Source: Candidatus Dojkabacteria bacterium | Lineage (GTDB): Bacteria > Patescibacteriota > Dojkabacteria > SC72 | Direction: 5' to 3' | Assembly (NCBI GenBank): GCA_041678505.1 | Contig: JBAYOB010000001.1 | Coordinates: forward strand, 1,667-65,666 | DNA length: 64,000 nt | Part shown: positions 29,218-38,716 of the stretch, piece by piece | How the letters are laid out: every line of letters begins with the position of its first letter | Numbering within the stretch: the stretch's first letter is position 1 | The notes under the pieces: model-generated | What the model saw: only the letters and a program-made list of their open reading frames with translations | Told to the model about the DNA's origin: nothing | Databases searched by the model: none | Made by a program: the position numbers and the translations under genes

Positions 29218-31608
29218 ATGTTTAGTAAGTTTGAAACAGGATTTATAGATAAAGAAATTACAACACCGCAGGATGGGGAAAGTCCTGTGTTAAGAATGTG
29301 GGTTGAAGCCAATGATTTTACTACTGAAGTTGTACCTGTAAATAAAGAGGTTTGGGAGGAGAAAAAAGAGGAAGGGGAAATACTGGAAGAAGAATACAAT
29401 GTGTTACATATCCCGGAATCATTATCACTATTGGATATGGGGGAGTTGATAGGTGCAATAGATAAAGATACATACCGAGATAATCCAGAGTTATCAGAGC
29501 AGGGAATAGATGAAATAGTTAAGTTAGGAGACACATTTGAGAAGGCAGCAAAGTATATCTCTCAATATTCAGCAGGACTAAGGGAGGGCAAGGATATATC
29601 AGAAGAGCTTTCTGACAAATTTTCCAAATACGGCTTATTACTTAAACAGAGTGTGGGAGAAGTTGAAGAATCTAATCAGTCTGTAGCCTTAACAGAGAAA
29701 GATAAACAGATATTGGATAGATGGTTTTTAGGAGAGGAAATATACAGTAAAATAATAAACAGATTGGGTAGTAATCCCAGTTTGGAAGTGATAGAACAAG
29801 AGAGGGTAAGATATTTCCGGGGCTATTTTAAAGCTTTAGCAAGAGAAGGGTGTAAAGACAACAATTATTTTAGAAAGGAGAGCCTAGGAGGTGTGATTGC
29901 TAATATACATGAAAAAACAGAAGAAGGGATAACAAAAGAAATAAGGAAACCAGATAAAATACTGTTTGAAACTATATGGAGGAGGGGAATGGAGCAATTA
30001 AAGAGAAATATGTTAACACCTAGAGAATATAGGGAAAGTATACAGAAGGACAAATTATATCTTTATAATTATTTGAAAATTCCTCAATTGAGAAAACAGT
30101 TAAAATCGGTAAGGAAAAGAGGAAATATTGAAAGGATCTCTAATAAAGAATTAGAGATTGCTGGGAAAATATACAAAGTTATTAGCAAAGACCATAGATA
30201 TCTAAAAGGTGTAAATAGTCCTTCAAAGATAGTAAATGGAGATTTTTTAGATTGCCTAGGTAGTGCATTACTGGGTTCTGCTTTACTAGATGAGATTGGA
30301 ATAAAATACTATTTCGTTACAACAGATGGTCACATAATGACATTTCTGAGGACAACAGATCAGAAATTATATTATCAGGATTTTACACCTAAAAAATGGT
30401 TTTCAAATTGGTGGTTGAATCATATGATTTTTGAACTTAAAAATCTTAGAGTTGAAAATGACAAAGATATTTTATCAAAGATAGAAGAACAGAATTTTGT
30501 TAAAGTATATTCTGACAATTATGAAAAAGAGTTGTTTATATGGAAATCAAAGGATATTGCTATTGACAGTTTGTTTTATAGTGTTGGCAATGAGTGGCAA
30601 AAAAAACAAACAGACTTACATGAAGATGAAAAAGCAAAAATAAATGTAGATTTTTTTAAAAAGTTAGCAGAATTTAATGAGTATGACCCTTTTATCTTTC
30701 TTTCTCTTGGAAATGCTCATCTATCTTTAAGGCAATATAAAGATGCGGAAAAGTTCTATAAAAAAGCAATAGAACTCGATCCTTTTAGTAGTCGTGCAAA
30801 TACTTCTTTAGGTGCTGTTTATGTTGGGTTAAATAAATATAGGGATGCAATAGATGCGTATAGAAGAGCGGTAGAATTAGATCGGAAGGATATTAATGCG
30901 GTTTTGGGATTGGGGGAAGCATACTGCATTGAGGGTCGGTATGATGAAGCAGAGAAAGTATACAAGAGGGGAATAAAGCACAACCCAGAAAACACTTTGC
31001 TCTCTCGAGATTTAGGTAATTTATATTGTGATTTAAAGAGATATGATGAAGCAGAGAAAATATACAAGGAAGCAATAAAGCACAATCCAGAAAACGCATC
31101 TCTCCTTCAAAGTTTAGGTGATTTATATCGTAATTTAGAGAGATATGAAGAAGCAGAAAAAGCATATAAGAAGGGAATAGAATTTAACCCCAAGAGTGCT
31201 TTACTTTACGGATTTTTAGGGCATTTGTATTGTAAATTAAAAAGATATGATGAAGCAGAAGAAACATATAAGGAAGGATTAAAATTTAATCCTGAAAAAG
31301 GTTTTCTTTACATATGTTTAGGAGATATGTATTGCATATTAAAAAGATATAAAGAAGCAGAAGAAGTATACAAGGAAGGGATAAAACATGATTCAAAAGA
31401 GGGGTATCTTTATTATCATTTGGGAGGGATATATTACACATTAAGAAGATATGAAGAAGCCGAAAAGATTCTTAAGGAGGGAATAAAGAACAGTTCTGAA
31501 AACACTTCTCTTTACAGGGGATTGAGGGATTTATATTACAAGTTGTACAGATATGAGGAGGCAGATGAGATAAAGGAGAAACTCAAACTATTGTCTAAGA
31601 GTAAATAG
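29218..31608 (+). CDS. TPR-repeat protein. An unknown ~490-aa N-terminal domain is followed by about 9 tandem TPR units.
   Basis: It has repeated 34-aa units of the form 'RYDEAEKIYKEAIKHNPEN..L...LGDLY'. Confidence 0.7.
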   Translation: MFSKFETGFIDKEITTPQDGESPVLRMWVEANDFTTEVVPVNKEVWEEKKEEGEILEEEYNVLHIPESLSLLDMGELIGAIDKDTYRDNPELSEQGIDEIVKLGDTFEKAAKYISQYSAGLREGKDISEELSDKFSKYGLLLKQSVGEVEESNQSVALTEKDKQILDRWFLGEEIYSKIINRLGSNPSLEVIEQERVRYFRGYFKALAREGCKDNNYFRKESLGGVIANIHEKTEEGITKEIRKPDKILFETIWRRGMEQLKRNMLTPREYRESIQKDKLYLYNYLKIPQLRKQLKSVRKRGNIERISNKELEIAGKIYKVISKDHRYLKGVNSPSKIVNGDFLDCLGSALLGSALLDEIGIKYYFVTTDGHIMTFLRTTDQKLYYQDFTPKKWFSNWWLNHMIFELKNLRVENDKDILSKIEEQNFVKVYSDNYEKELFIWKSKDIAIDSLFYSVGNEWQKKQTDLHEDEKAKINVDFFKKLAEFNEYDPFIFLSLGNAHLSLRQYKDAEKFYKKAIELDPFSSRANTSLGAVYVGLNKYRDAIDAYRRAVELDRKDINAVLGLGEAYCIEGRYDEAEKVYKRGIKHNPENTLLSRDLGNLYCDLKRYDEAEKIYKEAIKHNPENASLLQSLGDLYRNLERYEEAEKAYKKGIEFNPKSALLYGFLGHLYCKLKRYDEAEETYKEGLKFNPEKGFLYICLGDMYCILKRYKEAEEVYKEGIKHDSKEGYLYYHLGGIYYTLRRYEEAEKILKEGIKNSSENTSLYRGLRDLYYKLYRYEEADEIKEKLKLLSKSK
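30690..31570 (+). repeat. Tandem array of near-identical 102-bp (34-aa) TPR-encoding repeats inside the CDS
   Basis: Repeated nucleotide strings (e.g. 'agatatgatgaagcagagaaaatatacaag', 'gcaataaagcacaatccagaaaac') recur at ~102-bp spacing. Confidence 0.6.
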
Positions 31609-31737
31609 CCTATTGAAATACTTTTGCGAAGTAAGGTAGAATGGAGATGGGAATTAGTGAGTTAATAATGATGTTGTTTTACTTTCTTTTTTCTGTTAAA
31701 ATCCTTCTCGTTAACGATAATTTTAATTAATTGTTTA

Positions 31738-32094
31738 ATGGTTGTTAAAAAAGAAAAGAAACTAAAAGTTTATGAAATGATGGTAGCTTTAAAACCTTTG
31801 CTACCAGATGATTTAAGAAAAGAAATACACAAAGAATTTGTAGGTATGGTAGAAAAAGAGAAAGGAGAGATTTTAGATGTAGATGTATGGGGTAAAAGAT
31901 ATTTGGCATATGAAATAGATGGGCATAATGAAGGGTATTACATAATATATAGCTTTAAAGCATTCCCTGATAATATAGCGGAAATGAAAAGACAGTTAGA
32001 GCTAAGGCAGGAGATATTACGTTTCATGATTGTAGAGATAGAAGATGCTAGTACAATAGGGAAAAGTATAAAAAAGAAAGAAATAAATATTTAA
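31738..32094 (+). CDS. rpsF: 30S ribosomal protein S6
   Basis: The 'KVYEMMVALKPLL...' pattern matches the S6 N-terminus (RHYEIVFMVHP..). It sits in the conserved rpsF-ssb-rpsR arrangement. Confidence 0.8.
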   Translation: MVVKKEKKLKVYEMMVALKPLLPDDLRKEIHKEFVGMVEKEKGEILDVDVWGKRYLAYEIDGHNEGYYIIYSFKAFPDNIAEMKRQLELRQEILRFMIVEIEDASTIGKSIKKKEINI

Positions 32095-32154
32095 TAGAAA
32101 TTTAATAATTAGAGGGTATAGTTAAAGGTAAGTTAAATTATTATATATATAAAA

Positions 32155-32631
32155 ATGGCAGCAAGATCTTTAAATAAAGTTCTTTTAATAGGGAACTTAA
32201 CAAGAGATCCAGAGATGAGATATACAAACTCTGGAACTCCAGTAGTCACATTTGGAATGGCTACAAACAAATCTTGGAAAGATTCTGAGGGTGATACTAA
32301 AGAATTAGCAGAATTCCATAATTTAGTTGCATGGAATAAAATAGCTGAGATTTGTCAGCAATTACTTGCAAAGGGAATGAAAGTTTACATAGAGGGTTCT
32401 TTAAATACAAGATCCTGGGAAGGAGAGGATGGTGTTACAAGATACAAGACGGAGATTAGAGTAGATAATATGATTTTGTTAGATAGCAGAGGAAAAGATG
32501 GAGTAGGTTTGGATGATACAGAGATGCCAGAAGGAAAGAAGAAAGAATCCGAAGAAGAGGAACCTGAGAGGGAAGAGCCTGAAGATGAATCACAAGGAGA
32601 AGATCCTTTAGAGGATGATCTCCCATTTTAA
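32155..32631 (+). CDS. ssb: Single-stranded DNA-binding protein
   Basis: The OB-fold N-terminus is 'LNKVLLIGNLTRDPEMRYTNSGTPVVTFGMATN'. An acidic tail ends ...EDDLPF. Confidence 0.9.
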   Translation: MAARSLNKVLLIGNLTRDPEMRYTNSGTPVVTFGMATNKSWKDSEGDTKELAEFHNLVAWNKIAEICQQLLAKGMKVYIEGSLNTRSWEGEDGVTRYKTEIRVDNMILLDSRGKDGVGLDDTEMPEGKKKESEEEEPEREEPEDESQGEDPLEDDLPF

Positions 32632-32650
32632 TTTCAGAACTGTTTAAAAT

Positions 32651-32998
32651 ATGTCAGAGAAAAAGAAGGATTTAGAAGAAACAAAGAAACCTACATTAGA
32701 GGATGTTTTTGATGATTCTAATATAACTGAAGATGAAGATGTTGATGATGCAGTATCCAGAAAGAAATACAGAAAAAGAAGGAAACCACAACAGAATCTT
32801 AAATGTAGTTTCTGCGAGACAGGTGTGAAGGATATATCTTACAAAGATGTTTACCAGCTTAAAAAATATACTTCCGTTAGAGGAAAGATAATCTCTACAG
32901 AGAAATCTGGCATATGTCATAAGCATCAGAGAAATCTTAAAAGAGCAATTAAAAGAGCTAGATTTATGGCTCTTCTACCTTACTCTCTTAAAGATTAG
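32651..32998 (+). CDS. rpsR: 30S ribosomal protein S18 (with an acidic N-terminal extension)
   Basis: The S18 core is 'YKDVYQLKKYTSVRGKIISTEKSGICHKHQRNLKRAIKRARFMALLPY'. Confidence 0.85.
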   Translation: MSEKKKDLEETKKPTLEDVFDDSNITEDEDVDDAVSRKKYRKRRKPQQNLKCSFCETGVKDISYKDVYQLKKYTSVRGKIISTEKSGICHKHQRNLKRAIKRARFMALLPYSLKD

Positions 32999-33028
32999 TA
33001 TAGAATAACAAGGCAATTGTATGAAGAA

Positions 33029-33050
33029 GGGATAGTAATATCCCTTTTTT
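33029..33050 (+). terminator. Rho-independent terminator after rpsR
   Basis: The stem GGGATA pairs with TATCCC around the loop GTAA, followed by TTTTTT. Confidence 0.6.
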
Positions 33051-33089
33051 GTTGAAAAGCAACTCTCTTTTAAGTAATATATTAGGGTA

Positions 33090-34442
33090 ATGCAAAATCT
33101 GTCCATATTACAAAAAAATGCATATCTAAGTGTAATAATTAAGGATAATGGTGTCTGGGCACATCTAGCCTATACTGATTTTAATGCAGGAAGAGAGTAT
33201 ATACTATCTGATTTTACAGATTTAACACCGCTAAGATACAGATTAGATGATGATCTGTTTTCTAAACAGTTTTGGTTTGATTACTTTACTAATTTGGAAA
33301 AGGTATTTAATTGGGATTTGTTAAATAGGAGTAAAAGCTCTCCTTTTGTTACTCTAAATTTTGAAAAAGAAGGGGTAGGGATATCTGGAATTAGGATGCA
33401 GATAGATGATAATCAGAAGTTTTTTGATAGGATATTTTCATCAGTTAGAGATTTTTCGAAAGATATTGCTTTAAGAGTGGTAGATGATTTGTATGTACAG
33501 AAGGTTCTAGAAGGTTTCATCAAGAGGACAGAATACAGTGATTTGATGTATGTAGATATGGATCTTTTAGATTTTTCTGTATTTAGAGTTAGAAAGGTAT
33601 ATGATAGGAAAAACAAAAGAGATGATGTGGTCTTTTCAAAAGCAAAGATAAACTGGAAAGATGAACTTTCAATAATAGATTCAATAATGGATTCTAGATT
33701 TAAAGCTTTTCTAGCTACAGAATTAAGTGCCAAAGAGATACTAAACTATTGGAGCAATTTTGTTTTAAACAGAGTGCTTTTTTCAGAAGATCCTAATATA
33801 GTAGATATTTTAAGGTCATACTGCACTATTCAGAATCACTCCATATACAGGGATAATGGCGAGAAAATAGAAAACTTTGGTCTCTCAAAAGATGAGTCAG
33901 CACTAATTGTGTCAGGATATGTCCCAAGGGTGTTAGGAGAAACCAAGACTTTACTTTCCTTAATAGATGGGCTTGAGTTGAATGGGAATTTTGATTGTTA
34001 CTGGGATCTTGATATGAAAACTCTCTGTTATGGAAGAAGTTTTGCAGAAGGGAGTGGTTCAGAAGATATAATTCTGACAAGAAAAGAGCTTTTTTCTCTT
34101 GCCACTAAAGTGTTAATACCGTATACAAATATAGAGAAAAAGAACAAGATGGTATTTTCAGGAAGTATTGAATCTTTAGGTATGGGCAGGAGTGAATTTT
34201 TCACTCTTTCTTCTGAGTTTACCTTTGTTCAACTTCCTCAACATACTGAGAAGTTAATTGTAGAGGGAGAGTTTAAAAATGGAGTGTATTTGCAACCAAA
34301 GAATCAAAAAAACATAGGGTTAGTTTCAAAACCTGGAATAAGGAAATACAACTCATTGTTAATAGATGCAAGGGTTAGACCTATTGTCTACGGCCCTGAT
34401 AGCTATTCTAACAAACTTAAATTACAGAAATGGATAAAATGA
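33090..34442 (+). CDS. Hypothetical cytoplasmic protein (450 aa), no recognisable family
   Basis: It is a long ORF with coding-like composition and no TM segments. Its stop overlaps the next gene's start. Confidence 0.5.
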   Translation: MQNLSILQKNAYLSVIIKDNGVWAHLAYTDFNAGREYILSDFTDLTPLRYRLDDDLFSKQFWFDYFTNLEKVFNWDLLNRSKSSPFVTLNFEKEGVGISGIRMQIDDNQKFFDRIFSSVRDFSKDIALRVVDDLYVQKVLEGFIKRTEYSDLMYVDMDLLDFSVFRVRKVYDRKNKRDDVVFSKAKINWKDELSIIDSIMDSRFKAFLATELSAKEILNYWSNFVLNRVLFSEDPNIVDILRSYCTIQNHSIYRDNGEKIENFGLSKDESALIVSGYVPRVLGETKTLLSLIDGLELNGNFDCYWDLDMKTLCYGRSFAEGSGSEDIILTRKELFSLATKVLIPYTNIEKKNKMVFSGSIESLGMGRSEFFTLSSEFTFVQLPQHTEKLIVEGEFKNGVYLQPKNQKNIGLVSKPGIRKYNSLLIDARVRPIVYGPDSYSNKLKLQKWIK

Positions 34443-35473
34443 TAGTAAGACATAGAATTTTTGAGAAATATGAAGATTACAAGTTTAATATTCCATATAA
34501 ATCGGGAGATATGCCTCTGTTAGATAAAGGACAGAAGGTAAAAGAGGGTACTGAAATTATGAGGAAGAGAGGAAGTACTATTAAATACTCTTTTTATCTC
34601 CCTGAACAGATAGGTGTATCCATTTCAGAGATAGGAAAGAGTCTTAACTGTATTGATGGAGAATTGGTAAGTGAGGGAGATGTATTGGCTGAGAAAGTGG
34701 TGATGAAAGGACTTAATGTTAGGAAACTAATCTCTCCTGCTCAGGGCGTAGTAGACCTTTCGAGGATAGAGAAGGGATATTTAGGACTATTGGGAGAGGA
34801 GAGTGAAGTAATAGTAAAAAGCACATTCAATGGATTAGTAGAGGGTATAAATCCAGTAGAGGGTATAAATATAGTTTCAGATGCTTTTGCCTTAGACATA
34901 TTAGCAATTGCAGATTTACCTATAAAAGATGATATAGAGAATAAAAAAGTGATAGGAGAGTTCTTAGTTCTAGGAGATGGTAAAGATCTTCTTTTAAATG
35001 TAAAGGATCTAAATTGTGAGGATAAGATAGTTTTTGCAGGTAAGTATCTACATCCTGACTTAATGTACAATCTTTTTGAGAAAGGAGCTTCTTTCATTCT
35101 TACATATTCAATGGAGTATGAAGATTTTAGAAAACGAGGGCTTCCTGTTGGTGTGGTCGGAGGTTTTGGAGAGATATATTCGGGTAAGAAAATCCTAGAG
35201 TTAATCGCCTCTATGGAAGGGAAATTTGCAGTGGTGGATTATTCAGAGAGTCAAATATTTTTTGTAACAGGTAGTACAGCATATCAAACAAAAGAGGACC
35301 TTTTTGTTAAGTCCGCTGTTGGTAGTCAAGTAATATCACGCGCTCTCTCTAATTATGGAATGTTAGGGAAAATCATATCTGTAGAAGAATATAATCTTTA
35401 TGTAAATGTAGAGTGGGAGACAGGACATAAATCTATGGTGAATATGGGTAGCCTAGAATTTGTCTCTTTTTAG
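34430..35473 (+). CDS. Hypothetical cytoplasmic protein (347 aa), no recognisable family
   Basis: A 13-bp overlap with the upstream ORF suggests translational coupling. It has no TM segments. Confidence 0.5.
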   Translation: MDKMIVRHRIFEKYEDYKFNIPYKSGDMPLLDKGQKVKEGTEIMRKRGSTIKYSFYLPEQIGVSISEIGKSLNCIDGELVSEGDVLAEKVVMKGLNVRKLISPAQGVVDLSRIEKGYLGLLGEESEVIVKSTFNGLVEGINPVEGINIVSDAFALDILAIADLPIKDDIENKKVIGEFLVLGDGKDLLLNVKDLNCEDKIVFAGKYLHPDLMYNLFEKGASFILTYSMEYEDFRKRGLPVGVVGGFGEIYSGKKILELIASMEGKFAVVDYSESQIFFVTGSTAYQTKEDLFVKSAVGSQVISRALSNYGMLGKIISVEEYNLYVNVEWETGHKSMVNMGSLEFVSF

Positions 35474-35512
35474 AGTATAATATTTAGATGTTTAATTGAG
35501 TAGAAAAAGAGT

Positions 35513-36736
35513 ATGCAACAAGAAAGTAAACAGAAGAGATTAAGTAGAATATTAGGACTAGGAATTCTTTTAGTTTTGGTGTTTTCAGGAGGTTTAATTG
35601 TAGGAAGGACGGTAGATAAAGATATTAATCTTCCTTACTTAAAAGCATCTAGAGATTTAGATATGACACTTTTTTGGGACGTTTTAGATATAACAAAAGG
35701 ATCCTATGTAGACGTAGAAGATATAGATGATCAAGAGCTTGTTTACGGAGCTATTAAAGGGATGGTAAATTCAATTGGAGATCCCGCTACTGTATTTTTA
35801 ACTCCAGTAGAGACAGAGGAATTTGAACTAGTAAGTGAAGGGAAATATTTTGAAGGTATTGGTGCGGAGTTGGGATATGAAAACAGTCAGATTATTGTAG
35901 TATCGCCCTTGGAGGGCTCTCCAGCCAAAGAGGCAGGCATTAGGCGGGGAGATTACATATTAAAGGTAGATGATTATGAATTGACAGTAAATGACACAGT
36001 ATATGATGCAGTAGCAAAGATTAGAGGGGAGGCAGGTACTAAAGTAACATTAACAGTACTACATCTAGGAGAGAGTGAACTTAAGGAGATAACTATTACT
36101 AGAAAAGAGATAACGGTTCCTAGTATAACATTGGAGTATGTAGGAGATAATGATGAGATTGCTCATCTTAAAGTAGGGAGATTTACAGAGGCAACTTACT
36201 TGGAATGGGTAAAGAAGTGGAGAGAGCAGGTAGAAAAAATTAAAGCCTCAGGGGTAAGTAAAATGATATTAGATTTAAGAGGTAATCCAGGAGGTTTTTT
36301 TGATGCGGCAATATATGCAGCCGATGATTTTCTTGGTGAAGGTTTTGTAATCTCTAAACAGAGTGATTCAAAGGGTAATATCAAAGATTTTAAATCCTCA
36401 AAGGATGGAATATTAGAAGATATCGAAGTAATAGTGCTGGTAAATTCAGGTAGTGCTTCTGCATCCGAGATTCTTGCAGGTGCTTTGCAACATTCAAGTA
36501 GAGCTCAGATATTGGGAGAAACAACTTTTGGTAAGGGGACAGCGCAGAAGACATTAGATTTAAAAGGAGGATCTTCACTACATGTAACTATTTTAAAATG
36601 GCTACTTCCTGATGGAACTCAGATAGAAAGAGATAACTCGGTTGTCCCAGATATAGAGGTTGAGCTTACAAATGAGGATTTTGTAAAAGGAATAGACCCT
36701 CAGCTTGAGAAAGCTGTTGAGATTTTATCTAACTAA
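35513..36736 (+). CDS. ctpA: Carboxyl-terminal processing protease (S41 family) with PDZ domain
   Basis: It has the PDZ motif 'GIRRGDYILKVDD', the S41 motif 'LDLRGNPGG' and 'SGSASASEILAGALQ'. An N-terminal TM helix is present. Confidence 0.85.
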   Translation: MQQESKQKRLSRILGLGILLVLVFSGGLIVGRTVDKDINLPYLKASRDLDMTLFWDVLDITKGSYVDVEDIDDQELVYGAIKGMVNSIGDPATVFLTPVETEEFELVSEGKYFEGIGAELGYENSQIIVVSPLEGSPAKEAGIRRGDYILKVDDYELTVNDTVYDAVAKIRGEAGTKVTLTVLHLGESELKEITITRKEITVPSITLEYVGDNDEIAHLKVGRFTEATYLEWVKKWREQVEKIKASGVSKMILDLRGNPGGFFDAAIYAADDFLGEGFVISKQSDSKGNIKDFKSSKDGILEDIEVIVLVNSGSASASEILAGALQHSSRAQILGETTFGKGTAQKTLDLKGGSSLHVTILKWLLPDGTQIERDNSVVPDIEVELTNEDFVKGIDPQLEKAVEILSN

Positions 36737-36754
36737 GTTTTTACTAAATTTAAT

Positions 36755-37927
36755 ATGAAAAAACAAAAAGAGGTAAAGAAGGTAAAAAAAGAGAATAAAA
36801 AATCGAAAAAATATTTTCATATTGCTCTTGCTTTAATCTTCATAGTTGTCTTAAACACTGTAGTTATACTTGCAACAGGATATGTAATGCTTAAGTATTC
36901 CTCCAATGTTCGAGAGTATGTTTCATCTCTATTTCATCCAACAGGAACAAAAGTAGAGGAAAGAAAGATTGTAGTTACAGAGGGAGAAAGTAATCTTATC
37001 AATGTAATCGAAAACTCTACACATTCGGTGGTTAGCATAGCCATTTCTACTCTTTCTTTGTCATCAGAGCAGGGATTAGTTGATACCCAGAGTAATATAG
37101 GGACGGGGTTTGTGGTGGATAGTGATGGTATCATTATTACAAACCAACATGTTGTTTCAGACAGTAATGCAGATTACAAGGTTGTTACGCAGGAGGGAGA
37201 TGAATGTGACGTTATTGAGATATTAAGAGATGACTTGAATGACATTGCTTTGATTCGGGTTGATACTCAAGGAAAAGAACTCCCAGCTTTGGTATTAGGT
37301 GATTCAGATTCACTTTTAGTAGGGCAGGATGTAGTGGCGATAGGGACTCCTTTAGGAAAGTTAGCAGGAAGTGCTACTAAAGGGATAGTAAGTGGACTAA
37401 GTAGATCTGTGACTGCGGGGGTAAGTTGGTTTGGAAGTACAGCAAGGACATATGAAGATGTTATTCAAACGGATGCAGCAGTTAATCCTGGTAATTCAGG
37501 AGGTCCTTTACTTAATCTTCAAGGAGAAGTAGTGGGAATCAACTTTGCTACCACAGCAGATGCGGATAATATCTCTTTTGCAATTCCAATAAACAAAGTA
37601 AAAAGCAGGCTCGAAGAGTATAGAACATTTGGTAAATTTATTAGGCCATATCTTGGAGTTACATATCAGATGATCTCAGAGTATGAAGCTTTCTATTACT
37701 CTAATGTTGTTCCGGGAGCGTTAGTTTTAAGAGTTGATCCAACATCTCCAGCATTTCAAGCAGGACTGCAAAGAGGAGATATATTAACAAAATTTGGAGA
37801 CAAGGAAGTAGATAGATACTTGGGAGATATAATACAAGAGTTCGAAGTAGAGCAAGAGGTTCAGATAGAGTTGTTTAGAGAAGGTAGTATCAAAACAGTT
37901 ACAGTTGTATTAGGAGAAATGGATTAA
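36755..37927 (+). CDS. htrA: HtrA/DegP-family trypsin-like serine protease with C-terminal PDZ
   Basis: The catalytic triad context is 'ITNQHVV', 'DIALIRVD' and 'NPGNSGGPLLNLQGEVVGIN'. The PDZ motif is 'LQRGDILTKFGD'. Confidence 0.85.
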   Translation: MKKQKEVKKVKKENKKSKKYFHIALALIFIVVLNTVVILATGYVMLKYSSNVREYVSSLFHPTGTKVEERKIVVTEGESNLINVIENSTHSVVSIAISTLSLSSEQGLVDTQSNIGTGFVVDSDGIIITNQHVVSDSNADYKVVTQEGDECDVIEILRDDLNDIALIRVDTQGKELPALVLGDSDSLLVGQDVVAIGTPLGKLAGSATKGIVSGLSRSVTAGVSWFGSTARTYEDVIQTDAAVNPGNSGGPLLNLQGEVVGINFATTADADNISFAIPINKVKSRLEEYRTFGKFIRPYLGVTYQMISEYEAFYYSNVVPGALVLRVDPTSPAFQAGLQRGDILTKFGDKEVDRYLGDIIQEFEVEQEVQIELFREGSIKTVTVVLGEMD

Positions 37928-38716
37928 AACAAATCTTTCCATATCTCTAAAATCCTTAATTATTTGATATCTTCTGTCTTTTAGAAGCTCTGTTAGTTTA
38001 TCTCTTGTACTGGGGTCTATTTCTATGAGTAAAACAACTTTCTTTTTAGGACTCTTCTTTCTATCTAACTGTTTAAATAGGTTTTTGTAATATTTTAAAC
38101 CATCGACTCCTCCATCTAATGCAGATTTGGGTTCGTAACCTTTTACACTTCTATCTAGTTTTTTATACATAGATTTGGGTATATATGGCAGGTTGGATAT
38201 GATGAAAGTATCTTCAGTTATGTTGACATTGGAAACCAAGTTTTGCCTTAAGAAAAGTATTTTTTCGTTAGTTTTGTGTAACAGAGAATTTCTCTTAGCA
38301 ATTTCTAAAGCCTTTTTACTTATATCTATTCCTATGAATTTGTACTTATTTCTCCTACATGAAGTTTTAGCTAAGAAAATAATTATACATCCTGAGCCTG
38401 TTCCCACGTCTATGATATTGGTGAAGTTCTTATTTACCTCTAAAAAGTCTTTTGCAATGGTGACTAGTTGCTCTGTTTCCACTCTAGGGATTAGTACATC
38501 TCTGTTTACGATGAAGGGGAGGCCTAAAAACTCTGCTTCTCCTTTTATGTACTCCCAAGGTTCACTTTCTTCTATTCTTTTTAATATTGTTTCTAAGGAG
38601 ATCTTCTCTTTCTTTGAAAAATCTAAAATTTCTCTAGAAATCCTCGATATGTCGTAATAGCCATTTTCCTTTAGAATTTGTTGAATTCTGTAAAGAACTT
38701 TCAATTCACTATTCAC
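37910..38716 (-). CDS. prmC: Release-factor glutamine N5-methyltransferase PrmC/HemK
   Basis: It has the SAM motif 'IIDVGTGSGCI' and the NPPY-type motif 'NLPYIP'. It lies immediately downstream of prfA. Confidence 0.8.
   Translation of the reverse strand: MNSELKVLYRIQQILKENGYYDISRISREILDFSKKEKISLETILKRIEESEPWEYIKGEAEFLGLPFIVNRDVLIPRVETEQLVTIAKDFLEVNKNFTNIIDVGTGSGCIIIFLAKTSCRRNKYKFIGIDISKKALEIAKRNSLLHKTNEKILFLRQNLVSNVNITEDTFIISNLPYIPKSMYKKLDRSVKGYEPKSALDGGVDGLKYYKNLFKQLDRKKSPKKKVVLLIEIDPSTRDKLTELLKDRRYQIIKDFRDMERFVLIHFS

Noticed and set aside
30690-31570. Possible CRISPR array, suggested by the regular ~100-bp periodicity
   Set aside because: The repeats are in-frame coding TPR units with no short palindromic repeat/spacer structure. 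No cas genes are present in the window.
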